From: Camelus dromedarius | Taxonomy: Eukaryota | Length of the DNA: 64,000 bases | Assembly: GCF_036321535.1 (NCBI RefSeq) | Contig: NC_087437.1 | Span: forward strand, 119,848,001-119,912,000 | Direction of reading: 5' to 3' | Part shown: piece by piece, positions 58,001 to 64,000 of the stretch | How positions within the stretch are numbered: the stretch's first letter is position 1 | How the letters are laid out: every line of letters begins with the position of its first letter | Notes under the pieces: model-generated | What the model saw: the letters and a program-made list of their open reading frames with translations, nothing else | Told to the model about the DNA's origin: nothing | The model's database searches: none | Made by a program: the position numbers and the translations under genes

Positions 58001-60612
58001 CCTGACGTCGGGAAGTGGATCCCCCTAAAACCACCGGGTTCTTTTTGTTCTGTTCTTGTGGGCGATGCCTTGATGTTAAGTAACAAAGAGCAGTCAGGTA
58101 GTGGATTCATCTCTCAACATGTGTAGTGCAGACAGCTGGGGGACACCTTGCAAGTCCATCGCGGGAGGCGGGGTGGGTGACGTGCGGCCCACCCCTCCCG
58201 GGGCCCAGAGGAGGACTTGCTTTTTGGTGAGGTTGAGCTCTTTGAGGCAGAAGCAATGAGTTGGTGGCATGTTCAGTGGGAAAAAACAAATTGCCAAAGA
58301 GCAAGTTTGGTGCAGTTCCATCCTTGTTGAAAGTACCAGGAGCGGGGGAAGGGAGAGCTCAGTGGCAGAGCGCGTGCCTAGCGTGCGCGAGGTCCTGGGT
58401 TCCACCCCCAGGGCCTCCATTTGAAATATATAGATAAACCTAATTACTTCCCCCCTCAACAAAAGCCGCAGAGGCTGTCCGTGTGCGTCTATGCCGAGCA
58501 CAATTCTAGGAGACTCCAAAACTTAACAGAAGGCACTTCCAGGTGTGAGATTCAGAGGAAGGAAGTGGGTGAGATGGGGCTGACTTTTTTTGTTTCTTTT
58601 CTTTTTAATTTTTTTAGAATAACTGTTTTGCTTGCATCACTGAAAAGAGTTTTCGGAGCTTCTCTGAGATGAAGGTGGTGGGTTTCCCGAGGCCTCAGTG
58701 TTGCTCGGGAGGTGCAGGCGGAGTGCTCCCGGTTCGGCCACGCGGCATCCTTGGCTTTATGACTTATTCTTCCACAACAAACGAGTCCAGAGGGGCTCGT
58801 GGGGTTTGGGCTGGGTTTGGGCTTTGGGGTTTTTTGTTCTTGTTGCGATGAGAGCCCCACAGGCCGCCGCCCGGGTGAACACCAGGGCCGACGCGGTGGC
58901 GCCAGAACTGATCTTGGCTCTTCTCTGCAGGACCAGCTGTCCCTGTAAGTACAGTTTCTTGGATAGCACTAAGAAGTTGACGCCTCGACGTGATGTCCCC
59001 GCATATCCCAAGGTAAGATGAGGTCCTGCCTCTGAAGAAACGGGGCTGTGTCCGCAGCCCCAGGGCGCGGTCCCCTCCCCCCCCCCCCCAGTCACCCTGG
59101 CCTCCTGGCCGCCGACTGTCTGCACATTTGCAAAACCAGCTCCCTCCAGGGCCCTGGGCTGTGGGACCCTCCTGTAATTCTTAGGTGGAATGTATTTTCT
59201 CTGTGACGTTTGTGTAGCAAAAGTGGCCCAGGCCAGAGCTGACTGTGCCGAGAGATAATGGCCCCTCGCTGGTGTCCGCCCAGCCCCCCATCGCCCCCTT
59301 GGCCAGCGGTTTATACACTCAAATGTTACTTTAAAGAACTTTCACTTTTAGCTCAATTATTTAAAATCTGCTTCATTGCATCTCCTGGCCCTGAACAGTA
59401 TGGAGCTATTAGAAGTTTTGCTTTATTGTCACAAAGAATTTCTCAGTTACTGGGGACCCCGGGCCCTTGTTAAAGCAGCAGCACCCTGGGAACTGAGGGA
59501 GGGGTCTTCAAACAATTACAAAAGGAGGGTCTGGTGCTGGTGGTCACCCCGTCACCAATGCCTTCAGCCGGTGACTGAGAGGAACCCAGCCCCACTGATT
59601 GACGCGCCCTCGTGCTCAGATTTGGGCTTCACGGCAGCCGGGACCCTGCAGACGGGGGCCTGGCCGTGCACAAGGCAGGTCCCCCTGCTGTCCCTGCAGC
59701 AGCAAAGCCCCCCAGAGCCTTCCCGCCAGGGTGTCCCCCCTCAGGTGTGAAGGACGAGCTAAATACCGTCTGAGGTTTTCACATGGACCCCAGAGCCTTT
59801 TCCCATAGGAGCTCGTGGCCCACGTCTCAGGACCCTGTCCTGTCCGGGGTCCCAAGGCCCAGCCTGGGGCCAAACAAAGGATGCCCAACCTCCACTGCAG
59901 ATCCCTTTTTAAAAAACAAACAGAAGGACCTCAGAGACAAATACATCTAATTCTCAAACACTGTGACTGTCTTCTGTCTAAAATCTGCTCTTTCTTGTCA
60001 CAGTGTGGCCTGGACTCTGACCTCCCCCGGCTCCAGCCCCCTCAGCAAACTGCAGTCAGAGCCCATAGCTAAGCCAGTGACAGGCTCCCCCCGCCAAAAA
60101 GCCATCACAATAGCTTCGTGGGCAGTATTTGAATTTATGCCAAGTAAAAAACAGTTCCCTTGACTCCACTTCACTGCGCGTCTGTCAGTCAGGTTTGTCG
60201 AGATGTCGTTAGCACGCAATAAAGGCCGCCTGCCGTGGGCGCCCTGTGCTGTGAAGTGCGACAGACACACGGCCACGCAGCCTCCCCCACAGTCAGGTGT
60301 AAATGTTCTTTCTGTGTCCCCAAAAGTCCCCTCGTCCCCAGGGTGGTCATTCCCGGAGATCTTGCCCTGCCCCCGGCCACCGCAGGTGGGAGGTCTGTCC
60401 CCGCAGTTTCATCCTCTCCAGAATTCTCGTGGGATGTAGCCTTTGGGTCTGTGCGCAGGTGCCCTGGGTGGGGGGTGGGGAAGGCACCCGTGCCTTTGTC
60501 TCAGGGCCGGCTGACGCCGCTCCCCCGTCCTCCCCAGTACCTGCTCTCCCCCGAGACCATAGAAGCCCTGCGGAAGCCCACCTTCGACGTCTGGCTCTGG
60601 GAGCCCAACGAG
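11558..60612 (+). CDS. PDE9A: PDE9A partial spliced CDS: join(11558..11628,12946..13023,19128..19171,44756..44810,45690..45760,52759..52843,58931..59012,60538..60612)
   Basis: All eight exons are flanked by AG/GT with compatible phases (71+78+44+55+71+85+82+75=561 nt). Translation [187 protein letters not shown] matches the recalled mammalian PDE9A N-terminal half (isoform lacking exon 5). Confidence 0.97.
12946..13023 (+). CDS. PDE9A: PDE9A coding exon (exon 3 equivalent), 78 nt
   Basis: ctccctgtcttccag|G...GAACG|gtaagc; encodes [25 protein letters not shown](R). Confidence 0.97.
13296..13337 (-). mobile_element. MIR core fragment
   Basis: catttacagatggggaaactgaggcac. Confidence 0.6.
17890..18140 (+). 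mobile_element. L2 3' end fragment
   Basis: ccaggagggcagaaccttcttgactggttcactgttgtgccaccagaacctga resembles the L2 3' terminus; boundaries approximate. Confidence 0.55.
18267..18358 (-). mobile_element. Heavily 5'-truncated young L1 3' end
   Basis: T10 followed by gattgaagtgccgtcagttacaatgtgtcagtctctggtgcacagcacagtg, homologous to the L1 copy starting at 35747 in this window. Confidence 0.75.
18428..18552 (+). mobile_element. tRNA-derived SINE (camelid vic-1-like)
   Basis: gggagggtgtagctcagtggtagag (A box) ... ggttcaatccc (B box), A-rich tail; TSD ttatcaactctt at 18412-18423 and 18555-18566. Confidence 0.9.
19128..19171 (+). CDS. PDE9A: PDE9A coding exon (exon 4 equivalent), 44 nt
   Basis: ccttctctcttgcag|G...TCTG|gtaagg; encodes [14 protein letters not shown]. 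Confidence 0.96.
21056..21232 (-). mobile_element. tRNA-derived SINE
   Basis: T-rich tail, then ttaatggaggtgctggggactgagcccaggacctcgtgcgtgctaagcacgcgctctgccactgagct, the reverse complement of the family head. Confidence 0.9.
21487..21638 (+). mobile_element. tRNA-derived SINE, internally deleted
   Basis: gctcagtgggagagcgcct-acatgaggtcctgggctcaatccccagcacctcc...cctaattacctccccc followed by (TAAA)n. Confidence 0.85.
23713..23858 (+). mobile_element. tRNA-derived SINE nested in L1
   Basis: ggggagggtacagctcagtggtagag...gggttcaatccccagtacc; imperfect TSD aataatttaatgct / aataaatttaaagct. Confidence 0.9.
25345..25760 (-). mobile_element. L2 fragment
   Basis: Purine-rich antisense L2 motifs gatggaggtggtaagagtggtcagattctggcatg and ggacccaggactgagccctgagg. 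Confidence 0.65.
29035..29445 (-). mobile_element. L1MB-like 3' UTR fragment, GC-shifted
   Basis: ttttaaagtg...tttgtagtgtattcac...cagcagtgactcccatccc...ctggcttctttcacttagc. Confidence 0.8.
29800..29890 (+). mobile_element. MIR 3' fragment
   Basis: aggataaatgaagtaat...gcgcttagcacagtgcctgccacttggggagcgctcgctaaatgatagcta. Confidence 0.75.
30394..30532. mobile_element. Internally deleted MER2-like (TcMar-Tigger) DNA transposon
   Basis: Inverted ends cagtc...gactg; internal gggttccacatccgcagat and tgagcatctgcagattttggtacc...agaaccaaacccc match the two recalled MER2 ends. Confidence 0.75.
32449..32561 (-). mobile_element. tRNA-derived SINE
   Basis: gatggagggactgggggttgagctcaggacctcatgcctgctgagcacacgctctaccactgagctctccctcccc. 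Confidence 0.9.
33560..34548 (-). mobile_element. L1MC1-like 3' end
   Basis: agactttattttttagagcagttttaggtttacagcaaaactgag...gtccatagtttacatcagggttcactct. Confidence 0.8.
34678..34960 (+). mobile_element. MLT1A-like MaLR solo LTR with GC-converted 3' half
   Basis: gtccccccagagttcgaatgttgacatcctaacc...gaatgggattaatgcccttataaaagag...gaagacggccatct...ggaagcggccctcgcccgacgcccgtctgctggcgcc. Confidence 0.75.
35747..36241 (-). mobile_element. Young lineage-specific L1 3' end (~500 bp)
   Basis: Poly-T, tgaagtatagtcagttt...ttccctgtgctgtacagta; TSD tatttcagat at 35737-35746 and 36242-36251. Confidence 0.92.
37942..38100 (+). mobile_element. tRNA-derived SINE
   Basis: gggagggtagagctcagtggcggagcgcgtgctgagcgggcacgaggtcctggg followed by an A/AC-rich tail. 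Confidence 0.88.
39036..39246 (+). mobile_element. L1 3' end (older artiodactyl-type)
   Basis: cctactggatagcacaggggactctattcaat...gtaaatcaactacacttca plus A tail. Confidence 0.85.
39250..39465 (+). mobile_element. L1 3' end (younger subfamily) inserted in the tail of the previous copy
   Basis: gagatttgcagatacacactactata...agcacagggaactgtattcaatatcttgtagt...actgactatacttcaa. Confidence 0.85.
39480..39612 (+). mobile_element. tRNA-derived SINE
   Basis: ggggagggtatagctcagcagtagagtgcat...gggttcaattccc plus (CAAAA)n tail. Confidence 0.9.
40531..40902 (+). mobile_element. L1 chimera: young L1 3' UTR segment joined to an old L1M 3' end
   Basis: 40531-40753 is the reverse complement of part of the 35747 L1 family; 40755-40902 tgattgcggtggtggtttcatgggtgt...catcaaactgtacac is L1ME/MC-type. 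Confidence 0.75.
41700..43150 (-). mobile_element. Old L1MC/MD fragments with a nested insertion
   Basis: cacacacagttgtaagaaaaaatgcagagaga...ggacagtttgttcatccagtcacc; boundaries approximate. Confidence 0.8.
42343..42646 (+). mobile_element. L1 3' end plus transduced flank, poly(A) and 13-bp TSD
   Basis: TSD aaagaaactgcca at 42330-42342 and 42647-42659; L1 end 42343-~42492; (TA)n; Tigger2-like terminus; A tail from 42617. Confidence 0.8.
44511..44658 (+). pseudogene. PDE9A: Degenerate counterpart of human PDE9A exon 5 (pseudoexon)
   Basis: Lies 97 nt upstream of exon 6. Fragments translate as AGADGRGTT / GHSAE / QQPKSE / GVPP versus recalled human AGVEDKRTT / GQSAE / EQPRRE / RIPP. Acceptor reads ccttttacTG; length 148 nt is not a multiple of 3; ends CCTCCAG|gtgccc. 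Confidence 0.75.
44756..44810 (+). CDS. PDE9A: PDE9A coding exon (exon 6 equivalent), 55 nt
   Basis: ctcttttgtcatctgcag|AG...TCGAG|gtgcag; encodes (E)[17 protein letters not shown](R). Confidence 0.95.
45690..45760 (+). CDS. PDE9A: PDE9A coding exon (exon 7 equivalent), 71 nt
   Basis: ttttttcccccccag|G...GAAC|gtgagt; encodes [23 protein letters not shown](L). Confidence 0.97.
47285..47688 (-). mobile_element. MLT1D-like solo LTR
   Basis: ggcttaaaacaacacacacgtattctt...ggaggccagacgtcc...ggacttagggcccaccctaacccag...aaggtcacactcatgggttctggggg. Confidence 0.8.
48988..49035. repeat. (AC)24 microsatellite with a degenerate CA-rich extension to ~49101
   Basis: Perfect dinucleotide run read directly from the sequence. 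Confidence 0.97.
52759..52843 (+). CDS. PDE9A: PDE9A coding exon (exon 8 equivalent), 85 nt
   Basis: tttctctctgtcaccag|TG...AACAG|gtaagg; encodes [27 protein letters not shown](R). Confidence 0.97.
53486..53576. repeat. Perfect 41-bp tandem duplication (2.2 copies)
   Basis: Unit gctggacgctgcacacgcattgagcacctgcagcgtgcggg at 53486 and 53527, partial copy at 53568. Confidence 0.95.
54850..55405 (-). mobile_element. MLT1C-like solo LTR interrupted by a SINE
   Basis: tactagtttcctgtggcggctgtaaca...ccccttttaaaagggcaccagtcacattggg...aggacttcagcat. Confidence 0.75.
54879..55020 (+). mobile_element. tRNA-derived SINE, 5' clipped, nested in MLT1
   Basis: tagcgccgtggtggagcgcgtgcttagcgtgcccaggtcctggg...cctccattaaacaaataaataagcctaattgcctcccc. 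Confidence 0.85.
58344..58464 (+). mobile_element. tRNA-derived SINE
   Basis: gggggaagggagagctcagtggcagagcgcgtgcctagcgtgcgcgaggtcctgggttcc...cctaattacttcccc. Confidence 0.88.
58931..59012 (+). CDS. PDE9A: PDE9A coding exon (exon 9 equivalent), 82 nt
   Basis: ctcttctctgcag|G...CCCAAG|gtaaga; encodes [27 protein letters not shown]. Confidence 0.97.
60538..60612 (+). CDS. PDE9A: PDE9A coding exon (exon 10 equivalent), 75 nt, start of catalytic domain
   Basis: Branch-point-like ctgac at 60511; cctccccag|TAC...GAG|gtgagt; encodes [25 protein letters not shown]. Confidence 0.97.
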
Positions 60613-63164
60613 GTGAGTGAGGGGGCTGCCCAGGGGCCAGCGTCTCGGGGACCAGACGGGGGCGTCCCCGTCGCTCTCCTCCTTGGCTTCTCCTCTCTCC
60701 TTTTCTTTCAACGTGATTCTCCAAATTTTCATTCAGACTGCCCCTGGTGGGCTCGGGAAGGCCCTGAACTCAGGAAGGGGCACCGGACCCGAGGAGCAGG
60801 TGAGGGGCCTTGCACCTGGGCTCTGACTGCACATGTCCCCAGAGCGTCCCCAGGGCCGTGTCCTGACCCCCAGGCTGGCTGCTGTGCCCCCCGGGGGTGG
60901 GGGGCCTCCAACGCATTGGGGAGAATTTCCAGAAGGGGCTTCCACTGGAGGTTCTGCTGAGAGCGAGGCGAGGGGACATGGGCACCTGCGTCACGGCCGG
61001 ACGAGGGGCAGTGAGGACTCGGGGACCGAGAGTTGCTTCTTACAGCAAGAAAGTTCTTTAACATTTCTCTTCTGCCGAGAAAACCCAAACCTGGAGTCTT
61101 TTGGTTTAGTCTCTTACCTGACAACATCACTTACTCCCCCTTTTCTGAACCCCAAGAAACAAGAAGTCTCTCCGCGTGGGCTTCAGGCCACCAAAACCTA
61201 CGGACTCATGGGCTTTTCTGTGACACAGAGCGGCCGCCCCGGGATCACTCATGCGCTCGGTCGAGGTCAGCAGGTGGACGTCCCTGCAGGTCGCAGGAAA
61301 GGTCTTTACTCGCTGAGCGGTCGCCATCCCATCACGGTCGCCTGGAATCTCCTCAGGGACCCACTTCCACTCGCGTGGTCTCCCAGGACACGGAAGCCCG
61401 GCGAAGCACAGACCCCGCCCCCACCCGGCCTGGCCGCTGGGCAGGGCCTGTGCTGGCCTGTGTCTCGGGGTGTTTTCTAGCGAGTAAACCCGATGACATG
61501 TCCAACCAGTCAGTGCGTGGGAGCTGCGAGTTCAGGGGAAGGGGGCATTTTAAGCATGTGGCCGCCACCTGCCAGAGCTGCGTGATCAGGGATGGACGGG
61601 GCTGGGGAGCGTGACCGGAGGAGCCAGAGCTACATCTTCCAAAAGAAGCAGGAGGACCTCTGTCTCAGCAGCTCCCAACGATGGGGGGCCTGTCCCCGGG
61701 GCTCGGGACACACAGACCCCTGCTTCCAGCAGGGGGACAAGAGTCACCACTGAGCACATCCAGAAAAGTCACGTTTGGCCCCAGCCCCTGGGGGGTGAGA
61801 GCAGACCTGGGCCTGACGGCAGAGCCCCTCTGTCCCCGTGTCCTCCAAGCTCGGGCTGCCTGAGGCCGGGGAGGGGCGCGCCCTCACACTGAGAGTGTGG
61901 ACGCCTCGGGATGGGAAGGCGCCTCCGTCCTACATCAGTCCGCACGCGGGGCGTGCGTGCAGCTGCCATCAGGGCCGGGGTGGAAGGAGCGACGCTGCCC
62001 GTGCGGCCGGCTGCTGGCCCGGCCTCCACCAGCACATCCCAGGGGAGACTGGGAGGGGTTCCGGCGCATCCAAAAGCCTGCAGCTGCCTGCGGTGGCAGC
62101 CGGAGGTGCTCAGAGACGGAGCCCTGGCCTCTGGCACATCTGGGCACGTCGTGGATTTTGGAGTGCTGGCAGCGAGGATGGCACTTGAAGCCTCAACAGC
62201 CCGCCAGCCCCCGAAACTGCATCTGGCCGCCCCCGGAGCAGCTCGCATCCCGGGAACATCAGGACTCCAGGTGGTGGTGGCTCACCTCTCCCCCTCCACG
62301 CGGGGGTGACGCGCGCCTGGCGTCGCCTGGGGCCGCGTCCGGCGTCCTCCGATCACACACACCACACGGAGGTGGCTGAGCGCCAGCTTGAAGCTGCGGG
62401 GCCTCCGGTCTCTCAGGCGTCCTCCACACTCTCCACCACCCGGCCACCCAGACCCCAACCCGCTGCCACGTCCGGGCCGCCAGCACGAGAGCAGATGCAC
62501 AGACGTGTCACTCCTGCTCCGGAGCCGCCACGGAAGCGGCACCAGATGGTTTCGTCTGCCCGTCACCTCTGCCTCTTGACTGTGATTTCACAGCAAACAT
62601 TTCAGCTCCTCGGGGTTGCCCGGAACCCAGAATGGGCGGGTGGAGCAAAGGTGTCAGGCGGTGAGAGATCAGAGCTACAGCGTCCAGTCCCAAGGGCCAG
62701 CATCCAGGACGATGTGGGGACCAGAAGCTCTGGACAGTGAGCCCCCTGGCTGGCGATAGAGCTGCCGGCAAAGCTAGGGGGATCCGGGCAGCAGCCTGGA
62801 CACCAGCCCTCCCGTCCTCAGGCCGGGACCCTGCACCCTGACCATCCTGTAAGGGGCTTCTTCAAGGCTCTGGAGTCCAAGCCCCGGGCCCAGTCTGCCC
62901 GTGTGCTGCCCCCTCGAGGAAGACGGGTGTGTGGTTACCTTCAGGGACTTTCCATCTGGGACATCACCCCAGTTCCCACTGCATGGGGGAGCGGGGCAGG
63001 GGGGCGGTTTCCAGTTTTCCAGGTGGACTCTTTGTGATGCCACGGAAGCCTCTGCTCCCTAAGGTGTTCCTTTCATGGACACTGATGCCTGGTCATGGGG
63101 TTGGATTTGCAAAACCGCAGCCGACTTGTGTGTCCAGTTCTCCTACACTGAGTAACAAGTGGAA

Positions 63165-63534
63165 ATGAGTTTTCCTCAGCGTGTGCCCTGTAACAAACAC
63201 CACAGGCGCTGGGGGAGCGGGGTGGGGGCTTCCAAAGAATGGGAGAAACCTGTTCTCACAGTCTGGAGGCTGGAAGTCCAAGATCAAGGTGTAGGCAGGG
63301 CCAGTTCCGTCTGAGGCCTCTCCCCTCGGCGTGCAGATGGCCGTCTCCTCCTGTGTCCTCACATGGTCGTCCCCCGTGCGTGTCTGTGTCCTGGTCTCTT
63401 CTCATAAGGACGCCAGTCCTAGCAGACGAGGGCCCACCTCAGTCACCTGCTTCAAGGCCCTCTCTCCAAACTGTCTCACTGGGGTCAGGGCCTCAACACA
63501 ATGATTTGGGGGTCACAGTTCAGCCCCTAAGACA
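63165..63534 (-). mobile_element. MLT1B-like solo LTR
   Basis: ttctcacagtctggaggctggaagtccaagatcaaggtgt...ctcataaggacgccagtc...cagttcagcccctaagaca. Confidence 0.85.
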
Positions 63535-64000
63535 CCCTTTTGGGAGGAGGTCACCCGGTGAACAGAGGCAGACAGGAAGCAGTGCCTGTGCAGACACTGG
63601 GGCGGTGGGTGATGGGACGGACGGAGGGCACAGGGGTGGGACCTGGGGGGCGGGGGGAGTGCGGCCGGTGTCTGCCCTCTGCCCCCAGCTGATTCTGTGT
63701 CGTCCCGGCTTGGCAGATCCCCATCCCCCCTGGGCTCTCGCCCAAGACCTGCCTTCCCAGAAAGCAAAGCCCACTGGGTCAAACTCTCACTTTTGAAAAA
63801 TCATTTAATCTTTCTTCCCTAGCCTAATTAGATGCGAAGCTCTGAGGGGTGTTTAAACAGATGGCAACCGTAAATCCTCTTTGGGACTGGAAACAAAATC
63901 AGTTCCAGCTTGAGCGGGGATTTCTGGACAAGGCAGCTCAGAGGGGAAGTGCCCCAGAAGGAGGGCCGGCTTCTGGGCACTGCAGTTAACACATTAAAGA

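Overview
Mammalian genomic DNA, GC- and CpG-rich, lying entirely inside the PDE9A gene (cGMP-specific phosphodiesterase 9A) on the + strand. The lineage-specific tRNA-derived SINEs and young L1 3' ends suggest a camelid (inference). Eight GT-AG coding exons, matching human exons 2, 3, 4, 6, 7, 8, 9 and 10, splice into 561 nt / 187 codons without a stop. They cover the N-terminal region up to the start of the catalytic domain; exon 1 and exons 11 onward lie outside the window. The rest is intron filled with L1, L2, MIR, MLT1 LTRs, a MER2 remnant, nine tRNA-SINEs and simple repeats. The six-frame ORFs are almost all spurious. I found no new protein-coding or defence-type system. The most interesting signals are (1) a disabled counterpart of human PDE9A exon 5 (acceptor TG instead of AG, frameshifted), (2) a TSD-bounded L1 3' transduction carrying a Tigger end, (3) an MLT1A LTR with an intact TATA box that has become a CpG island, (4) widespread AT-to-GC drift in old repeats, and (5) several unusual local duplications and inverted repeats. 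Repeat family names and human comparisons come from recalled consensus sequences, not from a search.
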